A DNA stretch of 63,229 nucleotides, filler included, from Neoconidiobolus thromboides FSU 785 (lineage: Eukaryota; Fungi; Entomophthoromycota): NCBI GenBank assembly GCA_025603075.1. It is 5 parts of 5 records of this genome, joined end to end, with 100 filler letters (N's around TTAATTAATTAA, not from the genome) between each part and the next. Parts side by side here need not be neighbours in the genome. Positions count along the whole stretch, not along the records: positions 1 to 18,148 come from MU626568.1; 4 more parts are not named here. One strand, given 5' to 3'. The notes under the pieces are model-generated. The model saw only the letters and a program-made list of their open reading frames with translations, made no database searches and was not told where the DNA came from. Within the stretch, counting starts at the first letter, position 1, and each line of letters opens with the position of its first letter. Shown here one piece after another: positions 1 to 14,093 of the stretch. The translations under genes were made by a program, and so were the position numbers.

Positions 1-53
1 TGCTTGAGAATACAGTGTAATAAGAACATTTTAGAACTTGATTTCCATCTTAT

Positions 54-1345
54 TATTTATCAATAGTACAATTCTATACATATGGCCAATTAATATTCAT
101 CCTTTATTACAAAGCATTACTTTAATGAAGTAATTCAATTAACTTTTAATTAATTAAAATTGTGATCATATAAGATATTTAATAAAGTATAAGCTATACA
201 TTTCTAATAAGAAAGCATCTAGAATAATTTATAGTAATACGATATTTAGGATAATTCGATACTTACTTAAAATGAAATCATAAGGAGGTGATGATATTGT
301 TTTATTTACTTTTGGATACATTTTAATTGCCCTTTGTATCTATTTAAAGTTAAACATGACTTTTGAATATGGTGAGGTTTATTAGAACCAAAATATAAGA
401 TAATAGGAACTTGAAAAATCAATAAATTATATTTTTATAAATAACAAAATTAGTAAATAAAACTATCCTTAATATAATTAAGACTATATCTAGATTTCTT
501 TTATTATATCATTTCAAATACTTGATTAGGGGGCATACTATAGTATGTAAATTTCTATTTTAACTTAAATCCATTTTTATGTAATATCCATAATTGGATA
601 GATAAGCTAATAAACAATATATGTTTATACTTTTTTGAAAAAAATGTGTAGAATTTTGATAGTAAAAAACAGTAAGCAAAAACTAAATAAAATACTTTAA
701 TTTTTAGTATTTTGTTTAGTTTTTTGCTTTTTTTGCTTGCAATTGCTAAGCGTCGATTTTGCATATTATTCAACAAGGTCTAGCTAGCACCTTGATGTTT
801 ATCTATTTAATTTAATTAACTGATTGAATATGACGAATTGCTTTGTAATAAAATAAAAATTAACATATGGAGTATTTTTTTGTTTTATTGATTTTTCTAT
901 TTTTTAAGCATTATTTGAGTGGAAGACTGCTAGTAAAATAAACAAAAAAATACATCCACATATAAATTTTATAACCATTTTAAGCACATGGTGCGGAAAC
1001 AGTAAAGCAATTAGGATAGATGATATATTTGAATATTTAAATAAAATAAAAATAGGTATGTCTTTATAAATATAGATTAGATAAAACAACACAAAAATTT
1101 TATGTAGGATGTCGCGATTGATTTTGTGTAAATGACTAGAATAATTAGTGATATAAAGGTATGTTATGTTATGTTGTTTTTTTATTTATCCCTGTTAAAT
1201 TTATCCGAATTTATTGTCAAAAATAAGAATTAAATAGGCTTTCAAATATTTTAATTTGTTTTACTAGAATATGTTTATACAAAATAAAATTACAATTTTC
1301 TTCTTTGAGAGGCTCGCGCTCCAAGTGCTTTATTTGTCAAGATAA
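54..1345 (+). repeat. Left arm of long inverted repeat (partner 17045-18148)
   Basis: 54-346 is the exact reverse complement of 17856-18148. Homology continues with mismatches to ~627, resumes at ~781 after a left-only insert, and is still visible at ~1091-1160 and ~1290-1345 (ccaagtgctttatttgtcaa vs ttgacaaacaaagcacttg). Confidence 0.92.
869..959 (-). mobile_element. MITE copy, degenerate
   Basis: Ends ggagtatt...acatccac, ATAT on both flanks, core ttatttgagtggaag. The homologous site in the right IR arm is empty. Confidence 0.75.
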
Positions 1346-4300
1346 AAATGATACACAAAAGTATAGATTTATTAATTGGAATTTTTGTAAATCAGGTAAA
1401 GAAAGAATTTTAGGAACAAGTTAAACAGATGGAACCAGAACTCTTATCCATATAATACAAGGACGCTATCATTACAAAAATATTACTGACGTTTATATCA
1501 CTTGTTTGGGTAAAAAGCCGTTGTGACGAAGCCAACTAATATAACATCTAGAAAATATCAAATAAAGTCATATAATACTAATTAAAGTATGTGAGGGTGT
1601 TTTATTTAAATATTAGTTTTTAAAAAAAAACAAGAAATTGACTTTAATGTTAATTAGTTGCTAAATGCAGGTATTCTTCAAACTTAAGTTTATGAATAAA
1701 AATTAAATCAATAATTAAATTATAAATTTATGGACAGTATTTGATACTTGTAAAAATAGTTGGTATAATATAGCTGATATAATATTAGAAAATAAATGCA
1801 ACACATGATGAATATAAAAAAACAAAAAACAAAATTTTCCATCTAGATTTGAAGAATGTTTTTTAATGCCCTACTATATTACTTTCGCAATATTGTAGTC
1901 ATGAAATCCTATATATATAATAGTTTTCATCATTCCATATACATTATACAATTGTAATAACCAACCATATTATGGAAATGTTGATTTATAGATTAAGTAA
2001 ATGATATATAAAATATCCGCCTTTTTACAATTATTAGTTCTTTTGCGCATTTAATAAAAATTTGTGGATTTAAAATTGTACTAGGAAGACAATTGGCCCG
2101 TTTTTAAAATTAGTATGAGTATGCCTTTTATATTTTGACAACTAAGATTCTGAATTTTATGACAACTATAAAATGGACAAAATAGTAAAATAAAAAAACA
2201 TTCATACAAATTTAGCAAATTAAATTTTTAAATTTTCATCAAAATAACATTTAAATAAATAATATATTCTAAAAGAAATTAACCACTATTTTTTTAATAC
2301 ATATATATTTAATACTATAACAGAATTTATTTTTGAAATTAAGGCTAAAAATAACTTATTAACAACGATATATCCTTACAATAAAATTTTGACAATAAAA
2401 TACGACAAGTTTTATGTATCATTTACGGTAATATCCTTTTCAAGCCATTTCGTTATTGATAATCTTATATAAATAGTACTTTACATTTGTGGTTATTTTC
2501 TAATTTTAGTTAAATAACCTAGATTCATATAATAGATGAACCATAATTTGTGACTTTGATTAATGTATTTCTACTTAAACACTCCCCTATGTTTATTGAT
2601 TCTATTTGCTATTTTATTTCCAAAAGGAAGATCCAAACTTTGATATAAAATTAGAAAAACATAAAGATTAACCCATAAGCCTATGGCTCTAAGGAGAGCC
2701 TATTTTTATACAAAGTACATTAAAATTACATATATCAGGTTTATTTTATTATTGAAATAACGAAAATTATTCTTTTAAATATATTTAGATTTGATTAAAA
2801 CATCTTTTTTAATAAATTTAAAGTTGTAGTTAAACTATGTATTAATATGATGATGTATAATTGAAATCGCTGATTGAAAACCCTCAATTGAAACTATTTT
2901 AATTTATATGGTCCTTATTTCAATTAATTACATTTACTTTTTATATAAAAAGTATAACAATAAGACATAGATGTCGGGTTATAAATCTAGATCCGATTTT
3001 GATAATTCTGGATATTTTTTCGATATTTCATATTTCTACGCCACTTTTTTTGACTTTTCGGAACTTTCTATTGTAATAATTATTGTATTGTATTACACAA
3101 TGAATGTTTTTAAATTTCATTTTAGAAATTCGTTCCTGAATCTTGGTTCCTTCAAATCTTTATTTAATAAACTGTACTGCGCACATATAGATATAGAAAA
3201 TAATTGAGTTAAATTACTCAATATGATTTATATAACTTATCAAGTACTAATTGTTAATTAGCATTGATAATACAAGTACAGTAAGATAAGTAATAAGATA
3301 AACTATGTTTATTTAATTTTTTCCTATCTTATATTAAAACTGGTTTTTAGAATCAAAAACGAGGTAATACTAGTTTTAAATCATATTAAAAACATGGTTT
3401 AAATTACTGCTATTGCATTTCAAAGACATCTATAATTAGTTATAATCCAAGGAATAGCAGGTGTATTTGTGACTAAACATTGATCAATTTACTTAATAAA
3501 TTATGATTCTACGAATTATTGAACATATGCATTAAATAGAATTTTGAAATGTAATAGCCTATTCCAAATTTTCGTAATTCTAAGTTTATATTGCAACTTA
3601 TTAAAATAACTTCCTCAATTTATTATTTTTAATGTATAAGCAAAAGGTTTTCTTCAATACCAGTTAATATATATAAATATAAAAAATATTATTAAGTCAC
3701 TCTAACATACACACAGATACGGACAGATGGATCAATCAGATTGGTTTTAATTAATATATTGCAAAGTTGCTACAGAAGTCCGTGTTGCCAAAAAAGTCCA
3801 AAATGAAATTAAGTTAAAAATGAAATCAATTAGAAAAAACTTACAGTTTAAACATCGGAATCAAATATTGATCATTAGCTATCAATATTGATAATCATCT
3901 CTGACTCAATTAAAGGCTTTAGCCAAACTTAGGAACTTCCGCTATCAAAACATAAACTCCTTTAACTGCCTTTGCCTTTAAAATATAAATAAGTACATTT
4001 ATCCGCATTGAAAATATGGTAATTAATACAATGAAAAACATAGTTTATATCTTCATACAATTAATTTGATGAAAACATAAATCTTCTAACGAAAAAAACA
4101 ATGTTAGCATATGGGTTTAGCTTAAATTTGCGAAATTTCAAAATTCAAAATTGTTTATTAATTTTTGTCAAATGCCAAATTTGAATAAATGCGAATAGCT
4201 TGTTTTTTCAAGGGTTTACCTCAATAAAGTTCATATAATTTAACTTCCTTCCTTTCATTATTTATGGAAAAAGTCCTATCATTTAAATTATTATAGTAAT

Positions 4301-6063
4301 GCAAAGAAACATTTCATCAAGTTAGCATTTGTTGAATCGAAATCAATCTTTGTCTTTTTTAAAATTAAATCACCTAATTAATACTGACAAAAGCTAGTAC
4401 TTGGTAAGCATTTAATAGATTACAGAAGTTATTTTTAACCTTTTTATTTATATTTACTCTTTTAAATACCAAAAACTATAGAAAAACATAAAAATAAAGT
4501 CAAATTCATTATAATATGCTTGAGATTTTTACCAAATAAACCTATTGATAGCAAAACATATCTCAAAAATATATTAATTTCAGCTATTCATCATTCTTAA
4601 AAAACATCAAAGCTACCAAATATGGGGGTGTTATGAATAGTTGAATTGACGATAAAATCTATAGTCATAGATTTAGCAAATATTTATGGTCAGGTTAAGC
4701 TCTGTAGGATATTAGTAGCATCTAATATTAACTCTTTTCTATTGCGCTTTTCTCAAAATAATAAAAATATTACAACCTCAAAGTATGTAGTAAAACAACT
4801 TTAATGTCTAGAAGGCTCTATTATATTAGATTATTAGAAAAAGTTACAACCTATCTAATTTAACTTAATAAAATTGGACTCAATGTTATTATAGAAAAAT
4901 CAATTATTCTATTATTGTCATTTAACAGAAAAATAAGTTAAACTAACTACATAATTAAATCATTAAGAATTTTTTGTACTTTAATGAAAGGTTTCAGTAA
5001 AATTGAACCTCAGCTGAAATTAATTATAACTAAAGGCTAAGAGACTATATTAGGAGAAAATGGAAACTTAAGCTCCGAAAAAAATATATTAGCAATTAAA
5101 ATTATCTTAATAATGAATCGAATTAGTGTACATCTATTCTTAATGTTAGCAAATTGTATTTTGCTCTTAATATGAGTCTCTATATAATAAGAAAAGTCAA
5201 TTTTAAACAATAGGGGGCATATATCTATTAGCCACTTAGGCCAATCTTTAAAAAAAGGCACTTTTGAGATATCGATGTAGTGGACTAAAGTAACTCTTAA
5301 ACTATAAACTGTGTCACTTTGCTATTACTTGATTTGGTTAAACTTCTTGAAATTGCGATCAAAAATTAGCTTTATTGCAATGTTTGGGTTTCGTCACACA
5401 TTACCGAGACTGCGCTAATTTTACCATCAACTAAATTACTTGCTTATTTTATAAAAATTTTAGAGAAACTTGTTACCTTTAGACAACTTGGCGCCACGGT
5501 ATATAGCATTGCATCAAATAAACTTTAAATTTTAGAAATGGAAGTATCAGCCTATTAAAGCTAGTTGGTAAGTAGAATTTATTAAATATTAGATAATTTA
5601 ATTTGCTTGCATCTAATGCCAAATAGTTTAGTAAATTGATCATTTTACTTTTACAATAGTTTTTAGACAAATTAAGGATAAAAATTATCTACTAAACGGT
5701 GTCTATTAAATTTTAGAAATACACTTTATATTATCAACTTTCAAGGCTGGATCCTATTTAATATTAAAATTGATTTATTTTTGCAGTTGAAAAACAAATA
5801 TTTTTATTAAAGCAAAATTAGTCAGGGAGAGAATAATTTCGAAAAAGGAGAAGGGATAAAAAAATTAAGGTTTATAATATTTTATAACAATCGCAGCAAA
5901 TTAAAACAAAAAGAAGAAAAATAAAGGTTTTTATTAATAAAATATGGCAATAAGAAAAGAATGATATAATACAAATTGTAAAAAAAATTAGTCATGAAGA
6001 GTTAAAAAATCATCCAAGGATTTAAGAAAAATATAAAGTAGAAAACGAAGCTCACAAGTTGAA

Positions 6064-6966
6064 TTAATATTGCCAACTAACCAACTTAAGCAAATGATGA
6101 AGCACTGTAATGGCAGGCAGTATCACGTTAAGATGACTTATGAAGTGTTGATTTGAGTATGCTTGTGACCAATTAAATTGTAAACGAAATTGAAAGATAA
6201 ACTGTGAAGCTTTCAACTCTCCAACCACATTATACCAATTTACAGTATGGTTTATTAGGCTAGTTAATTGAATCAAGTTCATTTCTTGATTATAATTGAT
6301 CAATAAGTTCATAAAATAATCCTGTGACATGAGATTGAAATGTGGATTTATGGTGTTAAAGAAAAAATAAATGTTATTTAAATCGTTTTCTGAAAGTTGA
6401 TTTAACAAATTGTCTCTTAGTTGAGGAGAAGATATAATGTTATTCAATATAGGAGAGTTCAATATATTATTTGTAAGGCTATTTGTATCTGTGGAATTTG
6501 AGTTTAAATATTCTGGGTTTAAATCAAATGAATTGGGACTAGAAATAGGATCAAGGGATATGTTCATCATGTTATTAAGGTAATTGTAATTATAGCCGTT
6601 GTAATAATAACTATTACAAGCGCTTCCGTTATTGTTGCTACCACTACATTCTCCTACGCTTAGCAATTGTTGTTGAGGCTCATTATGGTTTAACTTGTTA
6701 CTTATTTGTTCGATATAAGTCATCTCAGCCTTAATATTGCCTGGTAAATTTTTCTTAGGTTTCGGACCACGCTTTTGATAAGGGTTATTACGAGTACATT
6801 CCAAACCTCTTTTAGCACAATTGGTACATCTAACTGGTAACCTATCACATCTTATTTTATTGTTTCTGCAAAAGTCACAACTACGAACTTTTGGTACTTT
6901 CCTTGCCTTAGCTTTCCCTTTACTATTGCAATTATTAGTAGACTCAGTGATGCAATCAGCGTTCAT
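6064..6966 (-). CDS. Zn(II)2Cys6 binuclear-cluster transcription factor, intronless, Asn-rich (copy A)
   Basis: CDFCRNNKIRCDRLPVRCTNCAKRGLEC fits Cx2Cx6Cx6Cx2Cx6C. First ATG is at 6966 (the ORF track starts at a TTG). Paralog of 9556-10323. Confidence 0.9.
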   Translation of the reverse strand: MNADCITESTNNCNSKGKAKARKVPKVRSCDFCRNNKIRCDRLPVRCTNCAKRGLECTRNNPYQKRGPKPKKNLPGNIKAEMTYIEQISNKLNHNEPQQQLLSVGECSGSNNNGSACNSYYYNGYNYNYLNNMMNISLDPISSPNSFDLNPEYLNSNSTDTNSLTNNILNSPILNNIISSPQLRDNLLNQLSENDLNNIYFFFNTINPHFNLMSQDYFMNLLINYNQEMNLIQLTSLINHTVNWYNVVGELKASQFIFQFRLQFNWSQAYSNQHFISHLNVILPAITVLHHLLKLVSWQY

Positions 6967-9555
6967 TATAAACAAAATTTATGTTTGTAAAGTTAAAAGT
7001 TTTAATTTATTTAATTTCTTTTTTCATCTTTTTATACCTCATTGTAATGCAAAAAATATTAATCGAGTTTCATATGTTGTGCGACCTACAAGATATAATT
7101 GGAAAAACGGGTAATATTTTTACGCTATAATATGTAGCTTTTGGCTATATTTGGACTAATATTCTCTACTTTCTTTTTTAGGTAACTTACTTATTAATTT
7201 TAGTTATAATCCTTTCACCAATCATCAATTACATTGTGACACTCTTACTTTCCTTATTTATTATATACTTAATTTAGTAAAAATAGTACTAGATAATTTA
7301 AGAGAATATGATTGGTCATCTTTTAATTTAACTTTTCCTGTTTAATATTTTTTTAAATACATCATCCAACTTAAATTTAGAAGTAATCGATTTCTAATAT
7401 TTATTATTAAATTAAAAATAAAGTAATCAGTTAAGAACCTTATTTTATTTTATTTTATTAGCCTAATATTCATTCATGTTTGATTTTTTTCTATTCCTGA
7501 TAGCCTAGAAAAGACTAGGAACTTTTTACTTTTCACAACTTAAATGATCGCGTATTTATTGTTATAACTATAATTTATAAACTAATATTAGTAAATTAAA
7601 ATTTATCACTTATCTAATAAATGATTTTGGTAGTTTCGTTATCTATTCCTTCATTATCATTATATGAATTTCTATAAATTTTCTATTAAAAATCGAAAAC
7701 AACTATTGTTTATTAAAATATTGAACCATATTATTTATGATCATACAAACACTCTTTATTCTTTATTCTTCAATAAAACATCTGGATAATTTATTTTTGA
7801 ACTTTTAGAAAAATTAATCCACATCATCTAAGTTATTTCATTCTATATAAAAATTCATTTCTATGATATTGTATAAACTAACTTCTCTTTGGTTAATTAA
7901 GCTTCGATATGTATTACATACCATTAGTTCCAGCTATACTCTACAAAATCCTATTATATACAATCGAAAAATACATTTAACAAAACAATTCCAAGAAAAG
8001 AATAACAATATAAAACAACGGATAAATCATTAAATTAATAAAAGTAATGTTATATACTATTATTTCATTTAGCCATTAGGTTTATTATCAAAAATGATAA
8101 AATCCTGTTTAATTTGAATAATCTGAACCATATATCTTATATTACAAAATGTTTATATTATATTTTTGTAGCATAATATTTTCTCAGGCGGGTTGTAGTA
8201 CTGTATAACTTAAATTTTTAAGAACTTTATATTTTAAGGCAATTTACGTTGTAAAAACTTGGTTGAAAGTTATTTTGAAATCTACCTTAACTCCAAAATC
8301 AACATAATGGTTAACCTTAAAACTTCGTCATTATAAATGCTTTTTGTAATGCTAAGTAATTTATAGAAAGTAGAACAATGATACAATTCTGATAGACCTA
8401 AATTGTATGTATCAAAGGAATATCTGTAATTAAAAACTGGAAAAATGTTCAGCTTTGAGTTTGGTGTTAAAATAGTATAACTTGTAAATGTATTTGTGTA
8501 CTAATTTATGCCTATAATAACATATATGACTTGAAGAAAGATATAGTACCATTTTAAGAATATGAGATATTTTAAGCAGCTTATTTATATATGTAGATTA
8601 ACCCTGCCATAAATCAAGTACATTTAAGTAGCTTCGGAACATCTTAATTTCCTTCGCTATGACTAATTTTTGATAAAAGGAATATTTAACAAAATAGCTA
8701 ACCTTAAAGTACTACATATATAATTAAATATATCTAATATATTATTTATGAAGAATCTTTATTAATCTATAGCACGTTTTTTGTAAGATTTAAAACAAGG
8801 AATTACATTTTTTAGATGATTAATTATATAATAGTTATTGTTTTTGGCATTGGAAGCGTATTTTCTAGAAAATGTGTATTATCTAGTTGCTTTATAAAAT
8901 TTATCCTATTTTGTTTTTTATAGTAAGATTAAATTAAGGATTCACATATATATGTTTTAATTAGGTCTAATTTTCCTTTGATACCAAAACCATTGTATTA
9001 ATTGTTGTAATTAAGTATAATTAAAAACTTTAATAAATGATTTAACTATCGCATAATATGCTATATTTATAATTAATAATATTTATATAGATGTTTCATT
9101 TATTCAATAGAGACAAGGCGGTAAGAGAATGTTTTTATGTACGAAGTAAACTCACTAACCACTTAACTATAAAAAACAAATATAATAGACTAGAAATTTA
9201 TATTGAGTAGCGAATAAAATTTTAATTATTCTAATAAAAATGATTAGTAATATTTTGAATTTAAAAGGCAAGTTACAACAACTTGAATATGATTTATGTA
9301 GTATGAAAATTGAGAATTAAATGGTCAGTAACGTCATAGATGTTGACATATTAAGATATTTTAATGTAAATAAGCGAAAAGTTGAAGCGATGAATTTAAT
9401 AATTTAATTTCAAATATGTAGAATAATCCAAAAATGAATTCTAGATTTAGCTTAGAAACAATTAGTGAGTAGTATGAACAAACAGGAAGCTTGAAAATTA
9501 AAAGTATATATAGCATTATAATGGAATTATTTCTGAAAGTTTAAATAGTTTAATT

Positions 9556-10323
9556 ATGAGCAATTCATTCGATTCCAATACTGACGATATCCAAGTTAAA
9601 GAAAAGGGAAAGGCTGTAAAAATAACAAAAATTCGTAGCTGTGATTTCTGTAGAAATAATAAAGTACGTTGTGATAGATTGCCAAATCAATGTAGTAATT
9701 GCTCCAAGAGAGGGATCGAATGTACTCGCAATAATCCGTACCAAAAACGTGGACCAAAACCTAAAAAAAGTGTTAGTACACAACATATAGGTATAGGGCG
9801 AATAAACACCAATCTAAATAGTAATAATGTTGTTGCAGGAAATTATAACTCCTATTGCGATAATTATTATAATATGTTTAATATTAATCTAGAGCCAATA
9901 TCCTCTCCTAACTCTTTTGATTTAACTTCCGGTACTATTGCATCACCCACATTAAGTAGTAATATATTGAATCAGCTTAATGAAAATGATATTCGTAACC
10001 TAAATTACTTTTTTATAAACGTTAATAACAATTTAAATTTAATAAACCAAAGTTATTTAGTTAACCAACTTACATTAAATCAACATGAATTTCATTTGAT
10101 TCATATGCTTACATTGATGATTAAAGTAACCAAATGGCATAGCAATATTGAACAGTCCGAAGCAAATACGATAATTTATCAATTCAAAAACATGATAGAC
10201 TGGATGTCTATATACAGTGTCAACAACACTGATCCAAACTTAAATATCATATTACCAGCAATTAATACACTTAACGAATTACTAAAATTTATTCATTGGA
10301 GATGTCAAATCCAACTTTACTAA
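9556..10323 (+). CDS. Zn(II)2Cys6 binuclear-cluster transcription factor, intronless (copy B)
   Basis: CDFCRNNKVRCDRLPNQCSNCSKRGIEC. Shares TRNNPYQKRGPKPKK and PISSPNSFDL with copy A. Confidence 0.9.
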   Translation: MSNSFDSNTDDIQVKEKGKAVKITKIRSCDFCRNNKVRCDRLPNQCSNCSKRGIECTRNNPYQKRGPKPKKSVSTQHIGIGRINTNLNSNNVVAGNYNSYCDNYYNMFNINLEPISSPNSFDLTSGTIASPTLSSNILNQLNENDIRNLNYFFINVNNNLNLINQSYLVNQLTLNQHEFHLIHMLTLMIKVTKWHSNIEQSEANTIIYQFKNMIDWMSIYSVNNTDPNLNIILPAINTLNELLKFIHWRCQIQLY

Positions 10324-13300
10324 AATCTATTCTCATTTCTTGTTAATCGTTGCTGGCTTACCAATTATTTACATGTAATATACAAATTTTTTATCATTTA
10401 TTAATAAATATCATTATTTCAAACATCTCAAATGTTTTATTTTTTTAATGATAATTGTTAACTTAGGTCTAAACATATATATCCCATTTTTCGTTTTTAA
10501 AAGGCATGTAGCCATTAACTAAACTTGAAAATCTTATAAATTTTAGGCTAATTACTCTTAAATACTGAACTCAAAAGAACAAACGTTAATATTTGCTACG
10601 AAGTTCACAATACACTATGCCATGTAACATCCAATCTCTAGTATTATAGCTAAAGCACTTAAGCAGAAGGACGTTACTGGTTTACTAAGTAATTTTATGA
10701 CATGAATGAAGATGAAGGAATATGTCCTAGCTTTATAATCTTAGTTGGATATACAAAATAGGATTAATAGTTAAACTAGAATATGAATCTGACAAATTAT
10801 AATAAAGCGGGAAAAATACTACTCTTTTAAGATTCAATAATAATGTAAAAGGAATCAAAATTTTTGGTAAAAACATCTCTTTATGGCGTTCATAAAACGA
10901 AGTGATATATGATAGCCGAATAAACTATAATATATATTAAAAAAATCATAAGAAAACAAAGACAAAAGTTCTTACACATAAATTCTGGAAGTAAAGGCCT
11001 TATTAGGAATTCGGCTAATTATAAATTTTAATAAAAAAAACCAAGTGGATCAATAATAGCTTATATTACTACTTGGTCATTTTCTCATAATGTATTTTAA
11101 CTTCATTTTCTCGGATTCTTTATACATTATAATCCGTAAGCTCGACAGTTTCCTTTATTGCTACATAAGACAGGACAAAAAGGAATTTTTAACAAATATT
11201 GGTAGGAATGCTTTTACCATTATAAATTATAGCTACTATCATATAATATGATTTGTTATCTTTTGTTTACAAATACCAAACAATGGTCACCTCGTTTAAT
11301 TATTTAGGAGATTTTTCTTACTATATTCTTAAAATTAATTAGACACTCAAATAATCCAACGGATTTCGCTAAAAAATATACACTTAAATGTTTTTTAAAA
11401 CTTGATTATTAAATAATACTGGTGGAAAATTAATGATGTAATTTGATATACATAAAAAAGATATACGTTATTACTTTGCGAAGGTGGCGTCTATCTAAAA
11501 GTTATTTTTGTATTCTCCTAAACAATCAATAATAGATCAATAATATGTATGGAAATAAAGTTGCAGGTTTATACAAAATTAGGAGCTTAACTTTAGTCAA
11601 ATATAGTAAATAAATTCCATATAGCTAAAGCTCCAATTATTGAATGATAAACTATGATCTTACGGTAAAAGCTATTTTCATAGTTATTTAATATACTATC
11701 CGCCTATGTTTTCATAAAACGTTTGATGTTTGTAAAATAAGATAATGGCTTTTGTGCTTTCAATATTTAACATGTGATACTACGATAAAGGCAAACATTG
11801 ATTGCTCTAGCACCTTTACTTATATAGCAAAATAAATATAAGACTACAATGCTATAGGTAAATCCCAGGAAACTTCACCTCACAGTATTTTTATCTGATT
11901 TATCTAATTACTGAAGCTGCTAAATATTTGTATATATATTTACAAAAAATAAATCCTTTACTTTTTTGAATAATTCATTAGTCTAAAGTGGCATAATCTT
12001 AAGAAAATGCTGTTTTGAATAATACAATACGAATTTAACGCTCGATGATAAACTGTTTAAGAAAAAGCAGCATATATAGTTACTTATCCATTATTGTCTA
12101 GAACTTAGAACTTAGCACTATAATTGTCACAACCCTTAGCCCATATGGTTACACAAAGTCTCTCATGATTATAACATGGTTTTTTTCAATCAGTCAAAAT
12201 GGATACAGTTATATCCGAAGTTAAATGATCAATTTGCATTACCTAATATTAATTGCTACAAGAATGCCAATTAACTAATATTAGTTATCAATAGCTTTTT
12301 AAAACTTGGTTTTTATTAATTAACCGCGTTTTATTTTAACTTGGTTCTTTATTTCTCATATGCTTGTTATTTAAAATAGTACTAAAAATAATTCACGTTA
12401 TCGGCCACTATGTCACAAGCTTAGCAACTTAATGAAAGTAGTATATTTTATTCAAATATTTATTAAGAGTTTTAAATACGATTATTTTTAGTACAAAGAG
12501 CTAATATTTTCGATATAATGGGGATAATTTTAATTTAAAAACTGAGATATAATTTTAATAAATGAAGAAAACCTTCTGATTCGCTTTAAATATAATTTGT
12601 TAAAATATGTATAAAGCTGCCAAACTTATATGCTTAAGATAGTATAAATATAATGTAATGGGGGGCACTAAATAAAATACATCATTCGCCTAAAAAGCAT
12701 TATTCAGAAATATCCCAAGTATCCTACTAAAGCGATGTAGTTATAATGTACGTTTTTGCAATACAAGTATAGGCACAATTATACATTTCCTACTTGATCA
12801 TAGCACAAGTGTGGTCTTCGGCTAATCTATTTCCACAAAATAATCAGCTCACTAGAGGTTGAATATTGGCCTCATTATCTTTACTTTTAAGTTATTTTGC
12901 TTGTTAAGGATCAAAAACTTTACTCAAGTCTGTATTTTAAATGGCGCTTGAATCGAGTTGTTTCCTTGTCCTTACATATGGATCAAACTATAGTTCGCCT
13001 TCAAGTAACAACATGAAAATAGGGTTTTAATTTCTCAATACTTTCATATTTAGTATTTCAATAAACTATCCTTTATAGTAACTTTATTTGTACTTTATTC
13101 CCAATGGTCTAGACATCCAATCTTATATATTTAATTTGCTTTACTGCAACTTATATTTAGTAAAAAATCTCATTTTAAAGTAAAAATAAATAAAATAAGA
13201 TCCAGCGAATGTGTTATGTAATTTCAAGAATAAAAATATGGTTTGTGCACATTCCGACATATTTTACATAGTTGGTACTCAATTTACTAATTTTAGAGTA

Positions 13301-14093
13301 CTTTAGTAATGTTATTAATAAACATTTACTGAAATTTTTTTATAACCTTTCTATTGGTTGAGTAATTAATAATTCCTATATATGATTTAAAATTCAAATA
13401 TGTAATTTCCCATAAAATTCCTTCGACTACTGTATGAGGATGTCTAAATTAGTTTCATAATTCACTTAAAAATTAATCTCTAAATTTTAAGTTTTTAAAT
13501 TTGTAAGTTCTTAATGTGTGATTAGTTAAATTTAAAAAGCTTAAAGTTAAAGAAAATTTAACCTAAAAAACTAATTTTAATAGTTTTTTTTCAAATAATT
13601 AATTTTTTTGATTATATAATTTATATTGTTTTTATTAAATGCTTAGTGGATATATAATATGTAAATATAGAGTTATTTGGCTTTACTTTTTATTAAAGTG
13701 AAGATAAAATGCAAGCTTTTATAACTAAACTTTGGAATATTGTCTTTTAAAATTTTAACATAATAAGAAGAAGCACATTATATAAGCATTGTAATTCATT
13801 TATATTGATTTAACAGCTATTCATAATAACTCAAAGTTTATGAAATTTTATAATAAAGTAAAATAAAAATAAAAATAAAAAATATTATTAAAATTTATTA
13901 TCACTAATAACAAACTTAGGCAGTATATATAATCAGTGCTTTAAATGTGACAGGAAATAAAAACCAATGAATGGCATTATTATTGACTATAAATTTGATG
14001 TATTATTTTAATAAATGTAAAAGTTTTCGATTTAATATAAATATAAAAATAATTATTTAAAAATAATTAATAATAAAATACCAACATTGCAAC

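Noticed and set aside
1322-1550. Cys-containing reading KCFICQDKND..., resembling a retroelement zinc finger
   Set aside because: Several stops, incomplete motif, and the homologous right arm does not keep the frame.
2113-2207. Possible second MITE subfamily, also near 46705-46800 and 38899-38989
   Set aside because: Only weak terminal resemblance and short shared words. I could not define both ends or a TSD by eye.
6821-7114. Antisense or alternate-frame ORFs over real genes (6821-7114, 9565-9786, 19494-19691, 22380-22598, 25046-25294, 28338-28634, 28710-28892, 30625-30849, 31009-31191, 31267-31563, 34924-35112, 37121-37312, 40938-41195)
   Set aside because: Shadows of the main CDS with no motifs. 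The duplicates in the carboxypeptidases simply mirror shared DNA.
10597-11060. Faint Ty3/Gypsy integrase-like words (HNTLCH...RYW...ICPS; FWK...G)
   Set aside because: Many stops and only motif-level resemblance. A profile search would be needed.
12960-13150. Minus-strand VAVKQI, resembling a kinase subdomain II
   Set aside because: No other kinase motifs, and the frame is closed by stops.
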